Assembly (NCBI RefSeq): GCF_000181795.1
Contig: NW_003526941.1
Span: forward strand, 564,266-628,265
Direction: 5' to 3'
Source of the DNA: Trichinella spiralis
Lineage: Eukaryota
Length of the DNA: 64,000 nt
Position numbers and translations under genes: made by a program. Of this stretch, positions 51,087 to 64,000 are shown piece after piece. Under the pieces are notes generated by a model. It had not been told where the DNA came from and searched no databases. It was given only the letters and a program-made list of their open reading frames with translations. Positions within the stretch are counted from its first letter, which is position 1, and each line of letters opens with the position of its first letter.

Positions 51087-51744
51087 CTTCCTGATACAGT
51101 TTTGTTTTACGCTTTATGTTGTGCGGTTTTAGCGGAATAAAATTCAAACATTGCTTAGCATTGGAAAAACAGTCAGATGATAATCGTAAAAATAAGCTTA
51201 CTTAATTTCGCCGTAAAGTTAAGCTGCATGTGACCGCGTTGTGTTGTACTGTATTGTACTGTACAGTACCGTATTGTATTGTATCGTTGTGTATGAATTA
51301 ATGCAGTCTTTTGCTTCTAATTGTCCCTTCTATACTTTATGCCCACGGATGCCTTTACATTGAACTTAGGATGAATGTTAACTTTTTAACTGAATCTATT
51401 GAAAGCGAGGTAGGGCTGAAAAAAAATAAATCGATTACTGATTGAAAAATTTTTTAATTTAAAAATTTTCATGCTTCTTTTGCTTTTTGCATCAAGTAGA
51501 CAAGTGAAGAAATCAAGAGAAGGAGAGATCACTTTTCTATTTTTTAAATTAAATACAAAAAATATATTAACCCGTGCTACGCATGCATCACTTAACATGA
51601 CAACAAGAAACAATTTCATGCAACATAAATTTAGCAAATTATTTTAAAATGAAAAACAAATTAGTAAAAAGATTCATCAAATTCTAAATAAATTATTACA
51701 TAATATAAATAAATTTTTCTTCACTGGATTGAACTGAATCAATT

Positions 51745-54700
51745 CTAAAATTTCTGATCCACATGTTGCAGACCTTCAACAATGCGCACTCTTTTCTTCG
51801 AATCAACCAGATTGTTGCTGAAAATCCAGCTAATTTCACGTTCGTAATCTAAACTTGCTTCGCGATCCTATAAAGCAAAAAAAAATTACATAACTATGGA
51901 CAAACAATGAAAGGTGAAATGAACAATGTACTTACAATAGAGTTGACAAATATGCTCACTGGAATCCAGATGCAAAGAGTTAAGATTGCCACAGTTCCCA
52001 CCATGTTGTTTTTGATGAATTTTACTTAAACAGCAATAAAAATTTTACATAAGCAATCAAAACAAGCAAAAAATAAATAAATCGATTACTGAAAGAATTA
52101 ATATCCCATTTGTCGATTATGTTCCAGATGTGTTCAATAAGATCCTGCACTTCACGTATGCACGTGCCATTGGAACAGTAACCATGTATACAACGCGTGC
52201 CATCTTTCAAAAGTTTCGGTTTGTCAAAATTTTTTTGAATAAATGGCCGGCATTCGTTGCTAATTTTCGATCGACAGCAACGAAAACAAGATTCAGTTTC
52301 TAAAATTGAAACAACAACACAAGGAATTAAGTATACTGAAGAAAATTTCCATAAACTAACTTACCATTTTCACATATACAAGGCTTCATGTTGATATTCT
52401 TCTTTTCACAAAACGACACACATTCTCCATTCTGACATTCACCTCTAGAAGAGCAAAATTAAAAATTAAAAAAATTCATTAATTTAAAAAATTGACTTTC
52501 CATGGGACTTACTCGTCCAAGCATGGCGTACCGTCTGCAGTTGCATTTGCGGTTGGACATTCGGCACTTTTTCCACTAAAATAAAAAATGCGAAAATAAT
52601 TTCACTTATCAGGCAGTATAAGGCCTATATATATATAAGAAATATTATAAATCACTTCATAGCATAACTATGTACGTACTTGCAAACAGAATTTTCCTTG
52701 CAACTGTTCAGATCAGACTTGCGACAAATTTCTCCAGCTGGCAAATATTGACAAGAAGAAGAACAGCAGAGTGAGTTCAACGGACTAAATTAAATATTCT
52801 TTTTATTTTTCATATTAAAAAAGCAATAATAAATAAACTATTTCTAGATAATACGTACCTGCATACTGCATTCGGCTTGAATTTGCAATCTGATGAGCAG
52901 CAACGATCGTTGCCGGCACCATCTTTTGGCAAACCCACATCACAATCTTCGCCAGGTTCAACTCTTTGATTGCCGCAAAATGTGTGCTCAATTTCTGAAA
53001 ATTAAATGAAATAATACATGCAAAAAGTAAAAATTTTTAAATCACGTAATTAGCTCACCAGTAAAGCAAATGCTGCTTTTCGCTTGCAGTACTCTTTTAA
53101 TACTGCGCTTGCTACATGGAGAAAAGATCTACAAAAGAACTGTTTCACTTAGTCTTTTATAAAATGCATCCCTACTTTGTTGTTCTGGTCATAACCACTG
53201 ACAGAATAAGTGAACATGATGTAAGGTCCGCCAGCACTGCTTACTGGCGAACATTCTAGTGATGCAGGATCGTGGGGACTACCCCAATTGTGACCAAATT
53301 CTAAATTTCGCATCAAAATTTACCTTTATACTATACACGCATACTACATATATATATGATATAAATCCTACCGTGCGCAGTGACAATATCTGCTTCCCTA
53401 GTTATTACTGGACCACCATAACTGCTTCTGGCACTACTCAACGCTGTATTAAAATACACGAGCTTGTTTTGAATATAAGTTCCTGAAATGGGAACAAAAA
53501 CTTTTGAAAAAGAAAATTCTTACCACTATTGCACTGGGTAAAAATCTGTTTAACAATAAATTATTTTCAAATTCATTAAAAAAATGTAATACTCAAAGCT
53601 GATGAATAAATATACAAACATGTATGATATAATATAAATTGAATCCTGAACCCTCAATAATAATATGAATAATACAAGAAACTAATTTACCTTCGCTACA
53701 TATACCACCAGAAGTACCAAGTTTAGGAGAAGCTATATATCCAAGTCCAAGAACTCCATTGCTAAATGGCTGAGCAGTAAACAAATGCACTAAACAATAG
53801 TCAGGGCTACCCTCTGCGTATGAAAATGCCTAAATTCATTCAAATGAGAAAAAAATAATAAAATCGATTTAATCTAAATAATATTAACCAAAACAATACC
53901 TGTAAAAGACGGCCAACATCAAATTTTGTAATATTAGAATTGTAATGGTCTGCAATTTTGGTAGGAGATGTGTGCACCAAAATATTCTTGATCACAAAGC
54001 CAATATCAGTAAAACCATCGTCACTTTCGTTGTCTCGCCAAACTGTTCGAGTGTAGATTGAGTTTACTCGATCAATCAAATTAATCTAAACAAATTAATT
54101 TTTAAAATTATTTTTAAACGTTAAAAATTATTTTTTATAAAACACAATTAATTATTCATAACAATAATAAAAAAAGAGCAACTAATTTTCTCCAATCACA
54201 TTTTTCACCTTCACGAAATTATAAATTATTCCATTATGAAAATTTTATTCATATCATTGCTTACTGTAATATTCTGTTACGAAAGAATCGTTCAAAATAC
54301 TTCCTTTATTCTGTACGTGATTTTCTTTCTACAGTGATGAGACAATATGCAACAGAATAAGAAAAACGAAAAATTCCAAACATTTTAATTTAGATTAGGA
54401 AAAAAATAGCAGACGTGATTAAAATACCCATTATTTTTGGAAAGTTAAAGCTAATTAAATTAAGCTTATTAAAAACATAAGACTCCACTTTAGTAAGAAA
54501 CGTTCATTCGCCTATAGATGAATTCAAAAGAAGAAGAAGAAGAAGAACTTAAAATACAATTTATAATATACCCCATTTTTTCAACTTTTCATCATCACAT
54601 CATCGTCACCTCCTAGAGGTTCCTTTTGCTGTTGTTCCTTCCTACTGTTGGCGCTTGTACGATTGGCCAGCTTTTTCGCTACCTTTGGAACGACAGATAA

Positions 54701-56997
54701 TGATCAACAGAGCCAGAACAATGATTAAAGTGCATCAATATGTCAATCGAACCAATTGAAATGCAAAATACATATATTTTAAAATAAAAAAACTGATAAC
54801 AAATAAAAACAAAATGCAAATAGCATGCAATATTCAAGCAACTTCAATAATAAAATTTCTTTCTGTGCACATTAAAGAAGCATGCATCATTTGCAAAAAG
54901 AATCAACCAACTAATATCAACAGATGCAAAATCAAATCAAAGCAAGCGAAATATGTCGAAAATTAACGAGAAATATTATTTAAAAACTGAATCCTAAACA
55001 CATTTTCTCATTTTAATAAATAGATCATTTTTCGTGATTACGTTGAAAAAAATCCACACAGACACACAGACACACACACACACACACTGCATGCTTAAAA
55101 ATTCATAAATTTAAATTTTAATATTTTTTGTTATTTTCAAGCAAAGCAAAATTCTCACTCGAACTTTAGGAAAAAAATTAATCATCTCAATGTTGTTCAA
55201 ATTAACAAAGCACACAGTAACTGGTTAAAATAATCGATAATCAATATTCATTAAAGAGGGAAATTTTTTCAATAATTATACCACAAAGAACTTACCAAAT
55301 AACGAACAGTCGTAGCAGTGCTGGATCCTCCTACTTCTCGATAAAAGTGATAGTCCGCAACAAGCTTCAAAGAACATCGATTTTTAACATTTTGCCAATT
55401 GTCCAACGCCTGTCTCTTTTGCAGTGTTCGAAATGAATCATTGGCAAAATATGGTTCTACTTCTTCCAAATCTAAAATGATTCAAATAATCAAAATAATA
55501 AATATTACTATTATAAATACAGCAGTTTAGTTTATAATATCAACACAATATCATTTCATGCTGAGTACTATAAATATCATCAGTTCATTTTAATACTAGA
55601 GTTACTCACTTGAATAATAATCGACTCCACAAAAGGGACGAGCATTATGACCATTGTTAATGATGTCTGAAGCACGATATACAATATTCAATGAATAGTC
55701 ACTGCTAGGGATATGCCTCCACGCGGGCTATAAATTTAAAAATTATTTTATGTGCCGTAAATAAAAAATATGGCACAAAATCACCTCGATCATGTATACT
55801 TCAGCAGGAGTCCAAATAGACGCTGTCATTGAACCATTTGAATCAATGTGCGCATTTACCATTGAAAACTTCTCACCTAATTATTTTTTAGGGTCACATC
55901 ATAAATTTCAATTTATAATCCATATATGAAATCTATTCATTATAGAAAAATGTATGCAACGAAATGAATAGTCGTGACTGTTGCGCATATTAATGCTATT
56001 TGTTTTATTTCTCTCATAAATTCATTCATGAAACAGTATTTTTTCTTTTGATTTATTTGTAACTATTAATCAAGAAATATAAAACGCACGCTCAATTATC
56101 ATTTCACGGCATTTTATTTAAGTTTCATCCTTCGCAATTTACTTGACTATATACATATATATATACATATATTTGTACCTCATTTTCACTTTACCGTAAT
56201 CTACACTATAAAGTTAGTTTTACTCTTCATCAATTTTATTTTGCAACTGCTTCTTTTCTTACTTCGAAATTTGTATAAATAAAAATTTTTAATAAAGAAC
56301 TTAAACTGAAAAGTATATTTAAATTTTAGTTTAATTTTATCAGTACCCACATAGTATACTCAAAAGCTAACACAAAAAACGAAATACCATTGCATTACGT
56401 TTATCTGAATCTGAAATGAGACGAAACACATGCATCCCATTTATTATTATACTGAACAAAGATAAAAATTTAAACTCATTCATTGCATTCAATGAAACTT
56501 AATAAGCAAAAGTTTTGTTAATTAAATCTGAATTCAAAAAGCAACTTACCAAAAACACGTCCAGCATAAAATTCATTTGGATCTATACCAAAATGCATAG
56601 ACTGTCCATTTGAATCAATTACGTAGGCTTTGAAATTGGATGCAAGCAAACTTTCCTTTACGGAAAGAAATATTCGAAAATCCCTACAAAGGAAATTTTC
56701 AAATTCTTGTTTCCATGTAAACGAGTTACCTTCTGAAGGCATGAAATATTAATTCTTTCGATTCTTTAAAGTTTTTTGAGCTGTCTAGCCAACGCTTATG
56801 AACAGTTTTGCCCGCTAAGCTGAGATCTAAGAATTCATAATCGCGCAGCACTTGTTTCAGATTGGCTAAAAAATTAATAAAAGAACCTCACAGTTAACTT
56901 ATCAACTACTCTACACTATAAATGTCTTACCGCAATCGACTTTTAAGAAGCGAGTGCTGAAGAAGATCAAAAGGACAATTTGGACGTACGGAAGCAT
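51745..56997 (-). CDS. ADAM17: ADAM17/TACE-like disintegrin metalloprotease
   Basis: Signal peptide [13 protein letters not shown] (ATG 56997; another in-frame ATG at 57150). Prodomain with cysteine switch PFCG and a LQKR processing site. Catalytic region: [25 protein letters not shown], zinc motif [12 protein letters not shown] split by an intron near 53301-53371, and Met-turn YIMF. Then disintegrin [14 protein letters not shown], membrane-proximal CFRCCR, TM segment [18 protein letters not shown], and a short tail ending at TAG 51747-51745. Confidence 0.93.
55056..55087. repeat. (CA)n microsatellite in an ADAM17 intron
   Basis: acacagacacacagacacacacacacacacac. Confidence 0.85.
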
Positions 56998-59078
56998 AAT
57001 GGAGAGCAGCTTTTGAAACTGTTTGACAAAATGACAAACGATGCAATTTATAATCATTGCAAGCAGTTTAAAATAAGAAACCCGTAAACAATGAGCTTGA
57101 AAGCAATAAATCAACAGTGGGCATGCAGCGTAGCACTTTTTGCCATTCATTCTGCCACGACCTTCTGTTTTTGCCTTCTCAATAAGATGCCAACAGTAAA
57201 TAAATAATAACTAAATCACAACAACAATCAATAAACTATCGCTGTTGATGATTACCTGTAAATCAGCTTTACGTTAATTTATTCATGTTCCTCAGAAAGG
57301 AAAACTGTAGAAGAATACAAATGTGACCGCACAAAATGACTAAATTTCAAAAAAGCTAGTCAACTATTAAACTTGGATTAGAAATCCAAAATGTCTGCAT
57401 TTTTTACATTTGCAATTGAAACACACAAAATGAAAAAACAGTATTACTTCATTTAAAATTCAAGTTTAAACCACCCATTTGACATACAATTTGTATTCAA
57501 ATTTTGTACTTAGAATGAGTTTGCTGAAATTTTGCTTTACTTAATTGTAAAAGTATTATCTTTAAAATATATTTATAAATAAAAAAATACTTTATTACTT
57601 TTGCAAAATTTGTTTTCAGTTGTGGAAATGAAGCAGCTACACAGAAAACATTTACTGAATAATCCAGTCAAAACTGCAGAAAAGTGTACGAAAAGAAGTA
57701 TATTGAAAGTAGCTAAACAAGTCATATTTTAAGCTTAAAATATCAAATTTTTGGCATTTCCGCTTTATTTTCTGAAAAAAATAAAAATTACATAGTGTAC
57801 TTTCAGTAGGGATCTTGTACTGAATTGGCATTTGATATTTAAAAAAGCAGAATTTACAAGTTTTTTGAAATAATTTTAATCATTCCGCTACAAAATACAA
57901 CTGGCTAATTAATAAATCTTAATTGTCAAATTACAGTATGCTGAAAGCACTTCACATATTTTGAAACAAATTTATTGAACAATTTGCTTTGCTGAAGATG
58001 TTTACAATATCAACATTGAACAATCGATCGCTTGAATGTTGAATATTTCTTTTTTTTCCGTCTTTCAGTGTGCCTATGGTTATTCCGTGGCACCATGGCT
58101 TACAGTTCGTAGCAAAATACGAATGATCAGAAAAGAATCTTTTTATTTACACAAAAATAAAAGTGCACTGCATGACGATCAAGAGTTCTTGAATTAACAT
58201 CTTCCTCTTCACCCTGATGTCGTCTACCGAATCATGCTTTCGAAGGTGTTCGAAACTTTTGATATACTGACATGAGCATTTCTTGGCGAGCGCTTTTTGT
58301 CCCACTCAATCGAATTGAATGTTCATAAATTCATAAAACAATACATTAAAAAGAAAATCAAAAAGAGCAAATGGAAACGATTTATTAAAATGGAGTTACA
58401 ATTCACTGCACTGCAATGTGTACAATTCTGTCACATCCAACTTCAAGAAATTTGAATAAATAAAAACAGAAAACGACAACAACGTTTCTGCAATAAGAAA
58501 AGAAACAGAAACACTACAACTTCGATGATAGCTGATTCATTTACAACAATTTTATATTACGCACATTACTACACCAGCCATTTCGAGGAACAAAACATCC
58601 AATAATAGTATAATGATAAATATTTCTTCATAAGAAAACATTTTTTAATGATGCAACCTTATTCAATTCTGAACACAGGTGGGGTACACACAATACATAA
58701 TTTATGTATTTTGTTTGAAAAATCTGTTTCGACGAGATATCAATTAATAAACAAATTCATAAATATATCAATTCTAATGGCTACAATTTCAGGAAGAACA
58801 TTTTCACTTTCTGTAATCCTAAAAAAAATAAGCAAATATTTAATGTTACGCAAATTTTAGTAAAGTAAAAAAGATAAACATCAAAGTGTAAAAAATTATT
58901 TACAGTAACAAAATGCTACATACTTATAATAGTGTAATACTATAGATGACATTATTATTATTATTACTATTATTATTACTATTGGAAAATTAATAATCTG
59001 TAATAGCAACAAAATATAAAAATACCCAATGTTGTGTTGTTAAATTAACTTATTATACAATGGAAAATTAGCGAAAGG

Positions 59079-62000
59079 TTAATTATCGCATACCCAAACT
59101 TTCAGTAACAGATAATCACCAGCGTTCAACAGCTTCAAAACTTCTCCTAAGTGAAAATATTTTTTCAAATCTTTGCCAGAAGCCACTATTAAAGATTCAG
59201 CATCAAATTCCTAAAGCAGATGTGCATTATTAACGCATAAAACAGCCAAAAAAAAGAACGTCAAACAACTTCATACCATTCCATTAAGAGCTACGGGTAC
59301 ATTAGTCTTTGCAAAGCCGTTCTTTTCCAAAAACTGGTGCAGTTCAGCTGGAGTCCATGTTAGCGGATCAGAATGAACTTCGGTAAATGTATACACATAG
59401 TTGAAGTTGGCGTTTTCCCTACAAACAAATATTTAAAAAAATAATAATAAAGTCAACAATATTTCTTCTTTTTAACATTATTTAATTGACATTAACAAAT
59501 TAACATATTAACAAAAAAATAATAATATTGTGATAAATTTGGCAACAGAATACCCCTGAAATAATGTTACGGAAAATAGCAAATAACTTACCTAAGTGGC
59601 TCAACTATCTTTTCGTTAAATGGGAAAAGTGTTGAAATCGGGATTAGTCTGCTGCCGCTACTTGACGAGCATTGCTGTCCAGCAGCATATTCTGCGTTCT
59701 CATTCGGCGGCTCATTTGCATCATTATTATTATCATCATCATCATTACCACTGTTATCATGATCACTTCTATCATTGTCACTGCTCTTATCATCATCAAC
59801 AACATCAATATCATCACCATCATCATCCTCATGATCATTATCGTCATCATCATGATCATCATTATCATGATCATCTTCATCATTATCATTATTATTTTTA
59901 TTATTAACAACCCTACAATGTACAAAGAACACTTTATTTCATTGATTAATTTAAGAATTAAATGCAAAAAAATTAATAAACTCACTTATTTGCATCAGTG
60001 CACTGTTGAGCAATATTGTTATTAGCAGAAGTGAAGTCGGAATTTTTGCCATCTATTTTTCCCGACGTTCCAACACCAGTATCCGGATAAAGTTTCGGCT
60101 TTTTCAGATTCCCTTCGCTTGCATTAGTAGCAAGCAACGTGCGCTTCGAAGCTATATAAATATGGATAAAATATCAAAACATCATTGCATCGAATGAAAT
60201 ATACGGGGGAAAAAATGAAAGAATAATTTACCAGCATTAATTTTTTGCAAAGGATGAAAAGAGCATCTTTCTGGACATTCGTTGAATGATAATTTTTCAG
60301 TTGTGAACGTGTAACGACACGTTCCGAGCATGTCGCAAAGATGTCGCAAATAATATTTAATTGCATGAGGATCAACACATACCGGTATGTCGAGAAAACC
60401 CTTCTTCGGGTTCGTACGCACCTTGACCTGTAATATTTGAGCAATAAAAACAAAAAAAATTAATATTTTTTTCAAAAAAAAATATAAACACAATGCATAA
60501 AACAACAATTTACTTTAACAATTTTTGCCTCTGTTACAAATGGAGACAAACTGTCGCTGAATTTTTTCATCGTATCTTGGCATCGGACTAAGTAATTGGC
60601 TACAAATTCCAACAATGTCTGCATGATACGATCAGGAGTGCCGGGTCCAATCACTCGAGGCACCTTGGCAAAGCGATCTTTTCTTATCAATGAACTGGTG
60701 CAAAATCGTTCGTTCAAATAGATGAACAGATTTTGATTGGTGAATGCTAATTTGAAAAAAAAAATTATTGAAAAACAAATTCTAGCAGTTGGAACAAGTC
60801 GAATCGCGTGCATATTACCGGGTACTTTTGAAAAATGAAGCAAATTTCGAAAAGGCACATTCATCACCACATAGCTCCATCCACAAGGAAATAAAGAGAC
60901 GAAATTTCTGCAGTCCACTATCCAAGGTCTGCCGCAGGGTTGAGAAAGATCCAAAACCCACGCAAAGTCGCCTCTGCATGCCGTAACAGCGGCGACGGTG
61001 ATGCGGTTCGCAGCATTGGCAAATTCCACCATTCGACCGGGTACAAGCGTATTTTTGAAACCTCCCTGAAAATAATATTAAATGGACTATTTCATCAATT
61101 TTGATTTTGCTTCATATCATACTACGGGAAAAAAAGCAAATGGGATTCGTATGAGTCCATTTATACGCTTGTAATTGGCCCAGTTGAAGGTGCGCAATCC
61201 GGCAAAAGGAATGCCATTTTTTTCACAATAGCCAATAGGAACCATGCCCAGGGAATTTTTTGAAACAACGTACAAATCTTCTGGCAAAACAGTGTCCATG
61301 TTGACTGGCTTCTCTGTGCTTGGAGTACGATCGAGGAAAACTTCGAAATAATACTCATTCAAAATTTTCGTCACAACTGCAGGGAAAAAAAAATTTTTCT
61401 CTCGTGGATCCAACATTTCAAAAGCCATATATTTCCGAAGCCCATGTGCTTGCATGCTCAAATTAAGCTGAATAGAAATTAAAAATGAAATAAAAAGAAT
61501 ATACATAATAATTATCTATATTATTATTAGTGGTTGTACAACAGTTTTAAAAGTTGAATAAACCAAGTAGACAAACTCACTTTCATAAGACGACTTTGAG
61601 GATACATAACAAAACCTTCATTCATCATCATATCAGTCAAAGATGTGTACTCTCCATAATCAACCTTACCTTTAAAAAATAATAATAGTAATAATAATAA
61701 GAGAATAACAATTACACGAACGCTGAAAATTTCTCACTAACCAGGCGGCTTATAATAGCATCCTCGATCGATTTCCTGGTTCTGCACAAGATGCTTTGCA
61801 AGAGTCCTTGATCCATATAGTCGAATGGAAAAATTTGGAAGCCAAAAATTTTCAGCATCGACCACGCACAGATAACGCAAGCAAAGCCAACCGCTGTACT
61901 CTTTCAACACTACCGCAGGCCAAAATGCTTGAGCATTCAATTCGTCTTGCACATCGACCACTTGCAATCGGACGTCTCCCTTGAAATGAGCACATTTATA

Positions 62001-62185
62001 TGTGCTTGTTTGTTTGTTTGTTTGTTTGTTTTTGCAAATTTTAATTTTTACATCGTCGACGGCGGCGAATCGACTGCAACTGTTCCGCATCAGGCGCAAA
62101 TGAGAAAACGCATCAAAATGCTGCGATCTGAAGCCAGTACATCTTACGAACTGTTCCCACGTTTCAAAGTTCTCGCTCTCGTATT
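59079..62185 (-). CDS. SFMBT-like Polycomb-group protein (MBT repeats - SLED - acidic linker - SAM); 5' end unresolved
   Basis: MBT-like segments: FETWEQFVRCTG..FWPAVVLKEYSGWLCLRY..NFW; FEMLDPREKNFFFPAVVTKILNEYYF..PIGYCEKNGI; FNWANY..PGRMVEF..LFPCGWS. SLED-like: IYLNERFC..VPRVIGPG..YLRHLCDMLGTCRYTF..CPERC. SAM-like: DPLTWTPAELHQFL..EFDAESL..LGEVLKL, ending at TAA 59081-59079. No upstream start exon was identified with confidence. Confidence 0.8.
59719..59905 (-). repeat. Imperfect (GAT/AAT/CAT)n trinucleotide tract encoding an Asp/Asn/His-rich linker
   Basis: Lies inside the ~59592-59913 exon of the SFMBT-like gene and reads NNNDNDEDDHDNDDHDDDD... Confidence 0.85.
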
Positions 62186-64000
62186 CTAAATATACAAAAA
62201 CGTACAGTAACAAAACAAAACAATCAATGAAAAAATTATCTTTTTATTTAATTCAATTTTTACAATGCACACTCATTAAACAACAAAGCAACAACTAATT
62301 TATAATAATTAAATTTCAAATTTTCACTTACTGATGATGAAAATTAAAAAAATACTATATCTGAAAAAAAGAAACTATAGAATACCACATTTCACAAAGT
62401 CAAGCAGAAAAAACTTAAAATTGAACATTGACGATTCGATGAATTTTTAAATTATTTATTCTTACTTTTATTTTATTCAAAGTGCATTTCAATTTATTAT
62501 ATTTTACTACTGTAGCATTAAATTTCATTAACTGCATGATTTATTGAGGACTCAACGTGAATGTCAAAAACATTGCATAATGAAAATTCATTTTTACCAT
62601 TTAATTAAACACTTGCGAATTCCACGACTTTTTTAAAGTAAAAAAAAGATAATTAAAAAATCGATTACATAAGTTACATATAATCAACTGCGCTTTACAT
62701 TACACATGTTGAAAATTAAAATTATTTATAAATTTTAAAATATTTCAATTCTCCACTCTGAACTAATATAAATGAGATAATTCTGTTTCGACAAACAATA
62801 AACTGCATTCGCAATTCTGATACCAGTAAGCGAAAAACTGACTTGTGAGCTTTCACGCATATTTCATTAAAAAAAATATGTAGCTTCATTCTACGGAGAT
62901 TAAAATCTTTTTTCATTTCTTTAGTTATTTAAACTATTATTTCTTGCTCAACTGTCATTATTTATAATTTTTTAATATTCATTTTCTGATTTACATGGCA
63001 TAAAATGAATTATTTTGAAAAAATGGTAATAAATGAAGAAAGGTTTAAAATATTAGAATTTGACTTGATGCACATTCAAAGCAAAAAGGTAAACAATAAC
63101 AGCACAAACAATAATGGCAGAATTTTGCATTGTAATATCGAATCGCTTCCGTCTGTCAAATTTACATGTATTGTTTTATCTTATGTTAAAATCTACACAA
63201 CTACAAATGATGAAACTTTTTAGAAAAAAAACTTTTATTACAAACAGTTCAAAGAATACAGTAGCATGTTTCAGATATAAATTCTTGTTGAAAATACTAT
63301 TTCATATTGTGGAATATTTTAATTAAATTTAATATAAACAATTTAATATGCAATTCAATGCTGAATAAAACTGTTGCTAAAACTGAACACTGTTGAGGAT
63401 GACAAGTTTAATAATAGATGAAAATAATAATTAAGCCATAAATTACAATTATCTAACTGAAAATTAAATTCGGGAAAAATTTTGAGACAGACCGATGATG
63501 AGTAGTGCGGAAATAACACTTTGTAACAACTGGAAACATTACCCACGGAATAAAAATTGTCAGATGAATATTTTCAATGAATCAGTGTGAAAATTGATAA
63601 AAATTAATTGTAAATGTATAAAATGAAAATTTTCATTATTAATTATGAAGAATTTGTGGTAGAAAAACAATATGCTAATTAATGAAATACCTGTCAACAC
63701 ATTGTTGTCACTTCCTTTAAGCATTGTTGTTCACGAAAAGCATTCAATGGAAATTATTATGTGAAATAAAACGATGGAAACTTTCTATAAAACAATCTTT
63801 GAAAGCAAACAAGAAAAGCTGGACGGACAACCGCGCCAGGCTATCGTCGCATCTGAGCAATAATTGTACTGTAGACCATTCAATGATCCTCAAGATTGCA
63901 CAGTAGAAAAATAACAATAAAATTTTCAAAAATGGAAAATGAATAATTATATGAAATAACTATATTTATAAATGTGTAATACATAAATATTCAAAAACAA

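Noticed and set aside
58170..58278. C/D snoRNA-like motifs (ATGACGA..CTGA..CTGA) between ADAM17 and the SFMBT-like gene
   Set aside because: Box C is imperfect, the terminal stem is weak, and no guide target could be recognised.
59620..60025. Poly-His, poly-Ile and poly-Met ORFs
   Set aside because: They are alternative frames of the trinucleotide repeat in the SFMBT-like exon.

Overview
This is AT-rich eukaryotic genomic DNA from a draft assembly (N-gaps at 1709-1718 and 7326-7858), with mostly 50-90 nt GT-AG introns. Splice signals and protein sequences point to a nematode, probably clade I and Trichinella-like; that assignment is an inference. Bases ~1-9150 are a decayed zone: degenerate multi-exon gene remnants, local duplications, and an array of GCC-N3/4-GGC palindromes flanked by inverted purine/pyrimidine repeats. 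The rest holds eight intron-containing genes assembled by hand from splice sites: CaMKII/unc-43 (-), eEF2 (-), TMTC4 (-), an uncharacterised RUN-PDZ-PTB protein (+), a tectonic-like protein (+), METTL1/Trm8 (+), ADAM17 (-) and an SFMBT-like MBT-SLED-SAM protein (-, 5' end unresolved). The most interesting signal lies in the CaMKII variable-linker region, which holds several small phase-1 exons mostly missed by the ORF track. One encodes a strongly hydrophobic 44-aa peptide and another a Met-initiated Cys-containing peptide. Either could give kinase-less, membrane-anchored hub isoforms analogous to vertebrate alphaKAP. All isoform calls are sequence-only predictions and need RNA evidence.
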